From Fidelibacterota bacterium (lineage in GTDB: Bacteria > Fidelibacterota > Marinisomatia > Marinisomatales > UBA2128): a stretch of 53,225 nt of DNA. The stretch is from the NCBI GenBank assembly GCA_046861645.1, contig JBHHUM010000008.1:1-53225 (forward strand), read 5' to 3'. Position 1 is the stretch's first letter. Each line of letters begins with the position of its first letter. The notes under the pieces are model-generated. The model did no database searches, had not been told where the DNA came from, and worked only from the letters and a program-made list of their open reading frames with translations. Positions 29,174 to 39,417 of this stretch are shown here, in pieces. The translations under genes and the position numbers were made by a program.

Positions 29174-29332
29174 TCTATAGACCTGTAATCCCTACGGGAT
29201 TCTGAATATAAATTGTAATAAATGGTCTATGGTTCATAGATATTCTAATTCATGAATTTACGTCAGGCAATATCAGGATAATCCTGTCGAGCCACATTAC
29301 CCCTGATTCCGTAGGAATCAAATGTCTATAGA
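29174..29332. repeat. Inverted pair of 28-bp REP-like hairpin repeats
   Basis: TCTATAGACCTGTAATCCCTACGGGATT (29174-29201, +) and TCTATAGACATTTGATTCCTACGGAATC (29305-29332, -). Confidence 0.7.
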
Positions 29333-29440
29333 AAATGAATACCAAAACCTTATTTAATTCTTATCCTTTAATCTTCAGGATCAATTTAACATTTTTCTAT
29401 TTTAGGTACGTAATATTGTATAGAGTCTCAATTTTTTAAT

Positions 29441-30106
29441 TCAGGATGATGTATCTGTATCAATGATTCCTTTTTGGATGGCATATTGGGTTAGTTTAGC
29501 CGTACTGTGGATATCCAGCTTGTTCATAATATGAGTCCTATGGGTTGAGACGGTATTCATACTGATATGAAGACTCCCAGCTATTTCACTGGTGGAATAA
29601 CCCTCAGCAATTAACTGCAGGATCTCTGTTTCCCTTTCAGTAAGTGTACTCGACTTCCCCAGAGGCTCCCTACCTTTAGATTGTTTAAGATAATGATCCA
29701 TCACTATTTTGGAAATAGAGGGACTTAAATAGGAATCACCGCGGTGGACAGATTGAATCGCTGTAATCAACTCGGAAGGGGCGGATTTCTTCACCAAATA
29801 ACCACTGGCTCCGGCTTGAAGCGACTGTAAAACATACTCTTCATCATGGTGGCGGCTCAACATAATTACCTTAGTGTGGGAATAGTGCTTTGTAATTCTT
29901 CGTGTTGCTTGAAAACCATTCAGTGTAGGCATAGAAATATCCATTACCACAATATGGGGGGTGATTTCTTCAACCATGTTCAAGGTTTCCTGCCCATCAC
30001 TGGCTTCTCCTACAATTTCAATTCCAACTTCTTTATCCAGGATAGCTTTTAGTCCTTTACGTACGATGGTATGATCTTCTGCCAATAAAACCTTTATTTT
30101 GTTCAT
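29441..30106 (-). CDS. NarL/LuxR-family response regulator
   Basis: LAEDH, MDISMP, GYLVK and the LuxR HTH LTERETEIL...TVSTHR. ATG 30106 overlaps the upstream TGA (ATGA). Confidence 0.95.
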   Translation of the reverse strand: MNKIKVLLAEDHTIVRKGLKAILDKEVGIEIVGEASDGQETLNMVEEITPHIVVMDISMPTLNGFQATRRITKHYSHTKVIMLSRHHDEEYVLQSLQAGASGYLVKKSAPSELITAIQSVHRGDSYLSPSISKIVMDHYLKQSKGREPLGKSSTLTERETEILQLIAEGYSTSEIAGSLHISMNTVSTHRTHIMNKLDIHSTAKLTQYAIQKGIIDTDTSS

Positions 30107-33100
30107 GACAAGGTCCTTACCGGAAGTTGTACCTCTATTTGTGTTCCTTTCCCTGGGCTGGAATGGATTTTCCATACTCCTTTCAAAGACCGAACTCGCT
30201 CTTGCATGCTAATGATTCCCATCCCACGATATTTTACATCCCGGGCAGAGGATTCTTTTATATTAAAGCCCTGCCCGTTGTCCTGGATAATCATCTGAAC
30301 AATACTGTTCTCAACCCCCAAGGATATTTTTATCTGGCTGGCCTGGGCATGACGGGCAATATTCGTTGTTGCTTCCTGCATTATTCGGAATAGAGTGATT
30401 TCGATTTCAGATGGCAAACGTTGATCAAAACTTTCACCTTTGAATTGTACTTCGATATTAACCCGATCACTAAATTTATTCAAAAACCACTGCATGGTGG
30501 CTTTTAGCCCCAGTTCATCAAGCATCATAGGGCGAAGTTGAAAAGAGAGGTCCGTTATCTGTTCATCAGCCTTATCGATCAAGGAGATCGTCTCCTCCAG
30601 GCGCTTTTCCAATGGCGGAGTTAAACTAGACTTGGTAGTCTCCTTCAGTTCTTCCAAGTTAATACTTACTGCTGTTAACAACTGACCCAATTCATCATGC
30701 AGTTCTTGAGAGATTCGTTTCCTTTCCGCCTCCTGGGCATTAACCAGCTGAGTGGAGAGATAGCTAAGCTCTTTTCTCTGTCTTAATATTTCCATCTCCA
30801 CCTGTTTACGTTCAGTGATATCCTGAAAAAGTTCCAGAACTTGTACAACGTTTCCTGTCGTATCCTTAATAGGAGCTGAAGTTTGTAGATACCACTTTGT
30901 CTCTCCATTGGTTACCATCTTTTCCTCTATAGTTACCTTCCCACTTTTCATTGATTCATAGCTGGGACATACTTCACATATCTTGTCTCTACCTAAATAA
31001 ACTTCATAACAAGGTTTTCCGATCAAATCATTGAGGGATCCATAATTGTCAATGAGATATTTGTTCGCCCATAGAATTCGATAATTGGTACCAATAAGCG
31101 ATAAACCACCACCAATTCCACCCACAATTTTATCAAGTTTCTGTCTTTCCAGATTGACCTCTTCAAACAGCTGTGCATTTTCAAGGGTGGCTCCAACTGC
31201 ATTTCCGATAGTAGTAAGAATGGTCAGGTCTTCACGATTTAACATGTCAGGGGGTCGGGTTACAATGTTCATAACACCCAATATCTTCCCTTTGGATTTA
31301 ATAGGAAACCCAATATAGGAATTGACATTTTCATCTGCTGCTGCCTTACGGACGATCCGGGAATCTTTCGAAGCGTCAGTTTCAATAATAATCGGCTTCC
31401 CGGATGCCGCCACTCTGCCCGTCAATCCTTCTCCAAAATCAATTTCCTTACTTTTGTATTCATCAATATACTCCTGGGAAAGTCCCCGGTGAACGGCGAC
31501 AGATAACTTTTGTTCTTCATGATCCACAAGGAATATTATCCCGGCATTGGCTCCTACAATTTCAAGAGCTTTATCAAGGATAATGTCCAGTCTCGATTTA
31601 AAGCTCATCGACTGAGTGACAGCAGTAGTTATTTCATTCAGTATCACCGATTCTTTGAGGTGTCTCTTAAGTTTCTCTTCTATACGTATCCTCTGGGTAA
31701 TATCATGTACTAGTGAGAGAATCTTTTCACGACCTCCGATACTTAATATTCCTGTGTACGCTTCTCCTACAAAAGTGGTACCATCTTTTCTAATAAACGT
31801 ACGCTGGGGTACATGCCAAGTCCCTGTCTTGCTTTTTTGTAGCTTTGATAAAGCTTTTATAGACTCTTTCTTTTCAGCAGTAATATCCCAAGGTGATAAA
31901 TGCAGAAATTCCTCTCTATGATAACCAAACATATCCAAAGCCACCTGATTGGCGTCTTCAAAAAGTAAAGTTTGGGCATCCGTTAATATGGCGGCGTGAG
32001 ATTTGCTCTGAAATAAATTACGGTACTTCTCTTCACTCTCCCTTAATTTTTCTTCCACCAGTTTACGTTCCGTTATATCTTGTACAAATTCCAGAAGTTG
32101 TACTACCTTTCCAGAAGTATCTCTAATAGGCGCCGATGTCTGTTGAAACCACTTTTGTTCTCCATTAGACATCATTACTTCTTTTATTTCCACCTGCCCA
32201 CTCCTAATCGACTCCCGACAGGCACACACCTCACAGACTTGGTCTCTTCCAAAATAAACAGTATAACAGGGCTTACCTACTAAATCCTCTACCGGTCCAT
32301 AGTTATCAGTAAAATATTTGTTTGCCCATAAAATATTATAATTAGTATCAATAAGTGATAAACCACCACCTATTCCATCCACTATCAGTTCCAGTTTCTG
32401 TCGCTCCCGATTAATAGTATCGAAAAGTACTGCATTTTCAATGGATAAGGCGATTTCTCTACTAAAATGTTCTAAACGCCTTAGGGAACGGCTTTCGATT
32501 TTTTCCTTGGTGTTAAATGTTATAATCCCAACTGGCCCACTGGATGTTACCATGGGGAGAACTCCTACGGTGTCTATGTGAATTAATTTCATTACACTTT
32601 TAATCAAACCATGTAAAATTTTACTATCAGTAAACTCACAGAACAGGTTTTCGATTTTATCAGAATCAGATTCAATAAAACCTTTTCCTGTCCTAAGAGC
32701 TTCATAATAGCGGTATCCTGTTCTAAGAATAGGAGCATAATCTCTGAGATTTACATGGGCCAGTTTTTCAATCCTGTCAATAATGGATTTTTTTAGACCC
32801 AGATTTTGTAAAACCAAACGATTTTGGTCCTTATTATAAATGTAGATGGAAATGGCTTGAGTTCCACATAATTCTGATAAACTACTCACTATCTTTCCAA
32901 CAACCTCTTCCACCGGTTGTCCAGATAGTACAGCTTTGCGAACGTCATCTAAAAGTTCCAGCTCCCGCAGCGATAATATTAATTCTTCTTCAATCTCTTT
33001 TCGTTCAGTTATATCTCGATGCAGACTCAAGATTACCTTTCTTCCTTCGTATTCGATGAAAGAAGCGTTTACTAATACATTAATCTGCGTGCCATCTTTC

Positions 33101-35481
33101 TTCTTATGTACAGTTTCAAAATTATCAATACTACCTTTACTTAAGAGTTGATCAACATAATTTTGATCCAGTTTAATATTATGGGAAAGTTCCTTAATAC
33201 TCATACCAACCAACTCATTCCGACCGTAGCCATAAATCTGTTCTACTAAGCGGTTCGCCTCAAGAATGATCTCGGTTTCAGGGTCAATAATCAAAATCAC
33301 ATCATTAGCGTTTTCGAATAGATCACGATATTTTTTTTCAGACAGCTTAAGTCTTTCCTCCGCCTGTTTAGTATTTGTAATATCTAACGCAAAGGCAAAA
33401 ATGACTTCCTCTCCAAAATATTGGCCCTTGTTCAGACGTACAATTTTAGGAAATTCTTCTCCGTTCTTTCTTTTGCCCCAGAATTCAAACTGTACGGGTT
33501 CACCTGCAAAGGCCCTTTCTACATATTTGGGTATCAGTGCCATGTCATTTTTTCCTGGTGCTGCTAACGGTTCCGGGGTCTTACCAACAAAGTACTCCTT
33601 TGGATATCCATACATGTTTACAGCCCCTTCATTTACATCTATAAATCGTCCTTCTCGGTTTAATACATAGATAGCATCCGTGGCATGGTTGTATAAGCCA
33701 TGGTAACTCTCTTCGGATTCCTTTATTTTCGATAAGCTCTGTTTATGTTTCAGGGCTACAGCAATAGTTTCACCCATCAAACGGAGCATAATGATATCTT
33801 CCTCTGACCATTTTCTCTCACGTCTCACCGCATCAAAGCCAATAAAGCCCGTTAATTTCCCCTGAACTATCATGGGAACTACTATCAGTGATTGAATATC
33901 CTGGTCCTGGAGAATTTCTTTTTCTGCACTGGCTTCCGGAGGAAGATCTCTTACACGAGGGATATGAATATTTTCAAAACGGTTTAATCTGTCCATCCAC
34001 CAAGGAAATACATTAACGGAAAGATTTTTAAGATTTTCAATTTGTGGTTCGATACCCTCCGCACACCACTCATGGGTGTTTGTCATGGATGAACCGTTAT
34101 TGTAAAGTCTAAACACATAAGCCCGATCTGCGCCTGAAAAGGCTCCAATTTTCGCAATGGCTTCATTAATAGTAGTGTCAATTTCTTCAAACGATTGTAT
34201 CACCAGTTTCGAAGAAATATCAGCGATCAACATTTCTAATTCAGCCCGGTGTGTAATGTCTTTCTCAACAAGTTTACGTTGAGTAATGTCCCGATAGATC
34301 CCGTAAGAAGCGATCTGTTTTCCATCGATTTCTATTGGTTTACCCAGTATTGATAATTGTAGCGGATTCCCATCCTTATGCTGACGGACAACCTCAAGAC
34401 TGACTGTCTCTCCCCCTAAAATACGTTTTGAAATTGCTTTTGCCTCTTCCCGGGTTTCATCATTTGTTATTACATCATCAATACATCGGCCTATGATTTC
34501 ATCCTGGGTAAAACCAAAAATTCTGGTGAATTCTTTATTGATTTGTAACACATTACATTCATTGTCAACAAGAGTTATCGCCTCTGGAGCATTTTCGAAA
34601 AGGGTTCGAAACCTTTCTTCACTCTCCTGTAAAGCCTGGTGCGTTTTCACCCAATCTGAAATGTCACGATAGATAATTACAGCACCATTATAGTTATCCT
34701 GTCCATCCAATAATATGGAAGCCGAAATCCAAGTCTGGAACGTTTCACCATTCTTCTTAATGTTAACCGTCTCACCAAGATATTTATTATTTTCTTTAAC
34801 GGCTTTAATAATAGACGAACTGTCTGCATGACTTTTGTGCAGTATCTCTAAATGTTGACCCAGAATTTCTTCCCGGTTATAACCGAACATATTTTGGGCA
34901 GCAAGATTAAACTCGACTATCTTCTCGTTTTTATCAACAGCTACAATATTGTCCAGAGAACTGGTAACGAGTTTGTGAGAAAATGCATGAGCAAGACGTA
35001 ATTCCTTTTCGGCCTGCTTACGCTTTGAAATGTCCCTGGCTACACAGGTGCTCCAGCCCTGTGGGGTCAAGCTGATAGACAATTCAACAGGGAATTTGTC
35101 ACCATTTCGCTTTATTCCGGTGGCTTCGCCCTGCCATTTGCCATTCTCCATTAGAATGGGAACAACCTCTCTTTCAAACCTTTGCTGTTCCTCTTGATCA
35201 CTATGGACTTGCCACGTCTTACCTAAAAGCTCGGCTGGATCGTCAAAACCATAAATTTTAGCATGGGCGGGATTCACGTAAATAAACTCCCCTTTCTCAT
35301 TCGACAAAGAAATACCATCCATGGAGGTTTCAATAGCAGCTAATTGTTTTTGCAATATTTGCTCAACCCCACTTACTTCCCGCTCAGTTCGTACGGTTCC
35401 AGTTACGTTATCTACTTTCCTACGGAGCGTTTGCAATTCCTTGATTAACTCCGCCTTAGTTTTTGATTGATCTGACTTCAT
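30103..35481 (-). CDS. Very large cytoplasmic multi-PAS/GAF sensor kinase (HisKA_3)
   Basis: About eight PAS and three GAF domains by motif. QEAERKRISQELHDELGQ, LRP, QEATTNIARHA and DNGQGF. Confidence 0.95.
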   Translation of the reverse strand: MKSDQSKTKAELIKELQTLRRKVDNVTGTVRTEREVSGVEQILQKQLAAIETSMDGISLSNEKGEFIYVNPAHAKIYGFDDPAELLGKTWQVHSDQEEQQRFEREVVPILMENGKWQGEATGIKRNGDKFPVELSISLTPQGWSTCVARDISKRKQAEKELRLAHAFSHKLVTSSLDNIVAVDKNEKIVEFNLAAQNMFGYNREEILGQHLEILHKSHADSSSIIKAVKENNKYLGETVNIKKNGETFQTWISASILLDGQDNYNGAVIIYRDISDWVKTHQALQESEERFRTLFENAPEAITLVDNECNVLQINKEFTRIFGFTQDEIIGRCIDDVITNDETREEAKAISKRILGGETVSLEVVRQHKDGNPLQLSILGKPIEIDGKQIASYGIYRDITQRKLVEKDITHRAELEMLIADISSKLVIQSFEEIDTTINEAIAKIGAFSGADRAYVFRLYNNGSSMTNTHEWCAEGIEPQIENLKNLSVNVFPWWMDRLNRFENIHIPRVRDLPPEASAEKEILQDQDIQSLIVVPMIVQGKLTGFIGFDAVRRERKWSEEDIIMLRLMGETIAVALKHKQSLSKIKESEESYHGLYNHATDAIYVLNREGRFIDVNEGAVNMYGYPKEYFVGKTPEPLAAPGKNDMALIPKYVERAFAGEPVQFEFWGKRKNGEEFPKIVRLNKGQYFGEEVIFAFALDITNTKQAEERLKLSEKKYRDLFENANDVILIIDPETEIILEANRLVEQIYGYGRNELVGMSIKELSHNIKLDQNYVDQLLSKGSIDNFETVHKKKDGTQINVLVNASFIEYEGRKVILSLHRDITERKEIEEELILSLRELELLDDVRKAVLSGQPVEEVVGKIVSSLSELCGTQAISIYIYNKDQNRLVLQNLGLKKSIIDRIEKLAHVNLRDYAPILRTGYRYYEALRTGKGFIESDSDKIENLFCEFTDSKILHGLIKSVMKLIHIDTVGVLPMVTSSGPVGIITFNTKEKIESRSLRRLEHFSREIALSIENAVLFDTINRERQKLELIVDGIGGGLSLIDTNYNILWANKYFTDNYGPVEDLVGKPCYTVYFGRDQVCEVCACRESIRSGQVEIKEVMMSNGEQKWFQQTSAPIRDTSGKVVQLLEFVQDITERKLVEEKLRESEEKYRNLFQSKSHAAILTDAQTLLFEDANQVALDMFGYHREEFLHLSPWDITAEKKESIKALSKLQKSKTGTWHVPQRTFIRKDGTTFVGEAYTGILSIGGREKILSLVHDITQRIRIEEKLKRHLKESVILNEITTAVTQSMSFKSRLDIILDKALEIVGANAGIIFLVDHEEQKLSVAVHRGLSQEYIDEYKSKEIDFGEGLTGRVAASGKPIIIETDASKDSRIVRKAAADENVNSYIGFPIKSKGKILGVMNIVTRPPDMLNREDLTILTTIGNAVGATLENAQLFEEVNLERQKLDKIVGGIGGGLSLIGTNYRILWANKYLIDNYGSLNDLIGKPCYEVYLGRDKICEVCPSYESMKSGKVTIEEKMVTNGETKWYLQTSAPIKDTTGNVVQVLELFQDITERKQVEMEILRQRKELSYLSTQLVNAQEAERKRISQELHDELGQLLTAVSINLEELKETTKSSLTPPLEKRLEETISLIDKADEQITDLSFQLRPMMLDELGLKATMQWFLNKFSDRVNIEVQFKGESFDQRLPSEIEITLFRIMQEATTNIARHAQASQIKISLGVENSIVQMIIQDNGQGFNIKESSARDVKYRGMGIISMQERVRSLKGVWKIHSSPGKGTQIEVQLPVRTLS

Positions 35482-35853
35482 GATTTACTCCTCATGATTG
35501 ACATAATCTTATATTCTAATGAAAAACCCGGTTGAATAAATCACTACCCTTTACTCTCAATTTGCTTTCCGTGGTTAATTTGGTATATGAATTTACCTGA
35601 AAAAATCCGACATAACGTAATTGAAAAAAATTGTCTGGTATTTTTTAAGATTAATTTCTGCTACTTAGCCCTACTTTAACCATCATTTGAGATTCTAATA
35701 TTCTATTATTCACTCCACAATCCGTCTATTGGCTTAGTAAGCGTTATCAACAACTATTTTGTAAAGGGATCTAAAGTCTCGTTTATCGACTTTTATGGTA
35801 AGGTGACTATTTTTTAAACAAAAAAAATTTTGTTATTAGTCATTTATCAAGGT

Positions 35854-38800
35854 TCAGTTTTGAGTAACGAGTTGTTGTCTCATCATCAATATCAATTTCT
35901 TTCTATCTAATGGTTTGGCCAGATAGTCATTACACCCGGCAGCCAGGCAATTATCCCGATCTGTTGTGAAAGCATGAGCTGTCGTGGCAATAACCGGGGT
36001 CTGACGCCAACGCTTCGTCTTTCGCATCCACCGTACCAGGTCCAGGCCATCTTCATCTCCCACCAACGATAAATCCAACAACACCAAAGCCACCGGCTCC
36101 TGCTTCAACTCCTCCTTCGCCTCCGCCACCGACTCCGCAAAACTGGTCCGATACCGACCCTTCAGGAAAAACTCCACCAGCCTCCGGGAATTGGGGTCAT
36201 CCTCCACCAGTAACACCAGTGGCCTCTCCTCAGTCTCAACAACGGGCGTCTCCACTACTATTGCTTTTTCTTCTGGTTGCTTCCGCCGGGACTTCCTGGC
36301 CGGCTGAAACGTGAGGGTGAACGTGGTCCCCTCGCCCTTGGCACTCTCCACCGCTATTCCCACCTGGTTCAAATCTAAATGACGCTTGGCTATGGCCATC
36401 CCTAAACCGATCCCCTGAAACCTCTTGGTGTATCCCTCACTCTCCTGGGAAAAAGCCTCGTACAGACTGTCCAGGTATTCCTGGGATATGCCTATGCCGG
36501 TATCTCGAATGGTCAGCACATACTGACCCTCCTGGTGTCCTAACGAGACGGTGATCTGTCCCTCCTCTGTGTACTTAACAGCGTTATCAATAATATTGCT
36601 GATGGACTGGGATATCCCATACGGATCGGCTAAAATAAAAGCTGTATCCAAATCCGTCTGGTACGCCATCTGTAACGACTTCTCCCGGGCGGCTCGCTGA
36701 AACTCAGATACCCGCTCACCGACCAGCTTGACCAAATCAAGCCGCTCCTGCTTCAAATCATAAGTCCCCGCTTCTATCTGGGATATGTCCAGTATCTCGT
36801 GGACCGTGTGCATGAGACGCTCTCCACTGCTTTTGATGGTATCAAAGAACTCCCGCTCCTCTTCACCCACCAGGTGACGGGTACTGGCTTCGATCAATTC
36901 TGTAAAGCCCAGGATGGCATTTAATGGGGTCCGTATTTCATGGGACATGTTGGCTAAAAATAGAGACTTTACCCGCTCGGCCCGCTGAGCATCTTCTAAG
37001 GCTTTCTCCAGTCTTTCTCGATCGCGCTTACGCTCAGTGATATCACGTAACACTCCTTCTATACCAGCAAAATTACCCCTATCATCCCGCAACATTCTGA
37101 CATTCATAGAAACCCAAACGATGTTCCCATTAGCATCTTTCAGCTTTGTCTCATAATCTTTTACTAATCCCTCTTTCTCCAGTAAGGAATTGAGTTGGTC
37201 GCGATCTTCCCTTGCAAAATAGTATTCCAAGCCGCGTGTCCCTATTAATTCCTCTGGTTCATAACCAAATTGTCTGACGGAAGGGCTTACCATGGTGATC
37301 AGTCTATCCTTATCCTGTCGGTAGTAAACGTCAATGGAAGATTCATAGATGGAGCGAAATTTCTCCTCACTCTCTCTCAATTTTTCCTCAGCCTGTTTAC
37401 GCTCGGTGACATCACGCACAATTCCCCGGAAACCTACAGGTTTGTTACTTCTACCTTTTAAAAGAGTAATGGATATCTCACCATATCTTATCTTCCCCTT
37501 ATTTCCTTTAATCTTGAAATCGATAGTCTTACTTGGATTGTTTGTTTTGTAGACTTCGTTGAAGGCTGAAAACACTATATCAGAGCTTTCACTATCCATA
37601 TACTGACGATAATTCATCCCCATAAGTTCATCTCGGGAATAGTTTAACATTTTACAAACAGAATCGTTAAAAAAAGTGAAATTACCCTTCAGATCAACTT
37701 CATAGTAACCTTCCTTAATATTTTCCAGTATAGAACGATATCTTTCTTCACTCTCTCGTAATTCTTCCTCCGCTTTCTTACGATCGGTAATATCGTGTAC
37801 AGATCCTACCAATCCAGTGGGATTTCCCTTTTCGTCCCGGGTTACAGCAACAGAAAACCGAGCTGGGAATAAATCACCATTTTTCTTCCTGAAATAGAAA
37901 TCATCATCTCTGAAAAATCCTTTTTGAAAAAGCTTTTCCTGGCTTCCCTTTCGCTTTGGATCATCCAGCATTGCTTGCGGTACAAGAAATAAATAATTCT
38001 TACCTATCAGTTCATCAGGTGTATAACCAAACATCTTTTCAACAGCTTTATTACACGAAACAATATTGAAATCCAAGTCCGTGGAAATGATTGCATCCAG
38101 CAGAGTATCATGTGTTTTTTGGAGCAACTCATGAGATTTTTGCAGCGCTTCCTCAGCGATCTTGCGCTCGGAGATGTCTCGTATTATGCTAATAAATGCT
38201 TTCTCTCCACCCGTCTGAATTTCTGAGAGAGAAAGTTCAATAGGGAGTTTACTTCCATCCTTTCTTAATCCGGTTAACTCCAATGTCTTTCCAAGTACAA
38301 CAGGCTTACCGGTTTTCAGATAACGAGCAAGGCCTGCTATATGCTTCTTCTGAAACTCATTGGGGATAAGCAGTGTGACCTTTTTATCTATTATCTCCCC
38401 AGATGAATAACCAAACATCCTTTCCGAAGCCTGGTTGAAAAACCGAATTTTACCCTTGGCATTGATTATAATGACTCCATCGGTAGCGGTCTGAGCCAGG
38501 CTACGAAACCTCTCCTCGCTTTCCCGAACTTCTTTCTCAGATAACCTCCGTTCCGTAACATCCTCGATAGCCAACAAGATCAGCTGTGTTTTGTTGGTTT
38601 TGTGGTAAAACCGACGAGCATTCAACAGCATGATCCTGGTGCCAATATGCTCAAACTTATGTTCCACTTCAAAATCGTTAAAGGTGGTGTTTTGAGGTAG
38701 AATTTCTTCCAGTAGCTTTCTTAGCTTGGGAATATCCCACTGTCGGTTTCCCAAATCGTAAATGTATTTTTGAACGGTCTCATTTTCATTGACCTTGAAG

Positions 38801-39417
38801 GTTCGATAAAAGGCACGATTGGCAGAGATGACCTTTAACTGACTATCCAATACCACCAATGGTTCTCGTATAGTGGCCACAATGCTTTCAGCATATTTCT
38901 TTGCCTCCTCTACCTCCCGCTGAATCTTACGCTGCTCTGTACGATCTCTGAATACTAACACCACTCCAGTTATTTCACCGTGATGATTCCTGATAGGTGC
39001 GCTGGTATTGGTTATAGGAACTTCCTTACCGTCTTTTGAAATAAGCAGGATGTGACCTGCCAGGGGAGTTACAGTACCCCTCTTTAATACATCCATTACA
39101 GGATTGTTTATCTTCTTTCGTGATTTTTCATCAATGACTCGAAAGACTTTTCCCAAAGGATTGCCGAGGGCTTCCTTTTCCGACCAGTCAGTTAAATCCT
39201 CTGCTACAGGGTTCATACGCACTATGTGGCCTTTTCGATTGGTAGCAATCACGGCATCCCCGATACTGTAAAGCGTTGCTCTCAGCTCAGCTTCCTGTAG
39301 AACTAACTCTTTTTCCGTCAGATCTTGTGCAGTAATGCTTTCTGCACTTATCTGATCGCGGAGGAGTTGTAACTCCTTGATCAGTTCCGCTTTGGTTTTG
39401 GATTGATCTGATTTCAT
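35854..39417 (-). CDS. Cytoplasmic multi-PAS hybrid histidine kinase (HisKA, HATPase, REC)
   Basis: About six PAS repeats ending in D(I/V)xER. FLANMSHEIRTPLN, LVEDD and LLDLSL. Confidence 0.95.
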   Translation of the reverse strand: MKSDQSKTKAELIKELQLLRDQISAESITAQDLTEKELVLQEAELRATLYSIGDAVIATNRKGHIVRMNPVAEDLTDWSEKEALGNPLGKVFRVIDEKSRKKINNPVMDVLKRGTVTPLAGHILLISKDGKEVPITNTSAPIRNHHGEITGVVLVFRDRTEQRKIQREVEEAKKYAESIVATIREPLVVLDSQLKVISANRAFYRTFKVNENETVQKYIYDLGNRQWDIPKLRKLLEEILPQNTTFNDFEVEHKFEHIGTRIMLLNARRFYHKTNKTQLILLAIEDVTERRLSEKEVRESEERFRSLAQTATDGVIIINAKGKIRFFNQASERMFGYSSGEIIDKKVTLLIPNEFQKKHIAGLARYLKTGKPVVLGKTLELTGLRKDGSKLPIELSLSEIQTGGEKAFISIIRDISERKIAEEALQKSHELLQKTHDTLLDAIISTDLDFNIVSCNKAVEKMFGYTPDELIGKNYLFLVPQAMLDDPKRKGSQEKLFQKGFFRDDDFYFRKKNGDLFPARFSVAVTRDEKGNPTGLVGSVHDITDRKKAEEELRESEERYRSILENIKEGYYEVDLKGNFTFFNDSVCKMLNYSRDELMGMNYRQYMDSESSDIVFSAFNEVYKTNNPSKTIDFKIKGNKGKIRYGEISITLLKGRSNKPVGFRGIVRDVTERKQAEEKLRESEEKFRSIYESSIDVYYRQDKDRLITMVSPSVRQFGYEPEELIGTRGLEYYFAREDRDQLNSLLEKEGLVKDYETKLKDANGNIVWVSMNVRMLRDDRGNFAGIEGVLRDITERKRDRERLEKALEDAQRAERVKSLFLANMSHEIRTPLNAILGFTELIEASTRHLVGEEEREFFDTIKSSGERLMHTVHEILDISQIEAGTYDLKQERLDLVKLVGERVSEFQRAAREKSLQMAYQTDLDTAFILADPYGISQSISNIIDNAVKYTEEGQITVSLGHQEGQYVLTIRDTGIGISQEYLDSLYEAFSQESEGYTKRFQGIGLGMAIAKRHLDLNQVGIAVESAKGEGTTFTLTFQPARKSRRKQPEEKAIVVETPVVETEERPLVLLVEDDPNSRRLVEFFLKGRYRTSFAESVAEAKEELKQEPVALVLLDLSLVGDEDGLDLVRWMRKTKRWRQTPVIATTAHAFTTDRDNCLAAGCNDYLAKPLDRKKLILMMRQQLVTQN

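Noticed and set aside
29271..29288. Palindrome CAGGAT-A-ATCCTG as a NarL-type site (a similar ATCAGG..CTTGAT lies near 39568)
   Set aside because: Spacing differs between the copies and one lies within the repeat element. Insufficient support.
29174..29332. Repeats considered as a CRISPR array
   Set aside because: The copies are inverted and dispersed, with no regular spacers and no cas genes.
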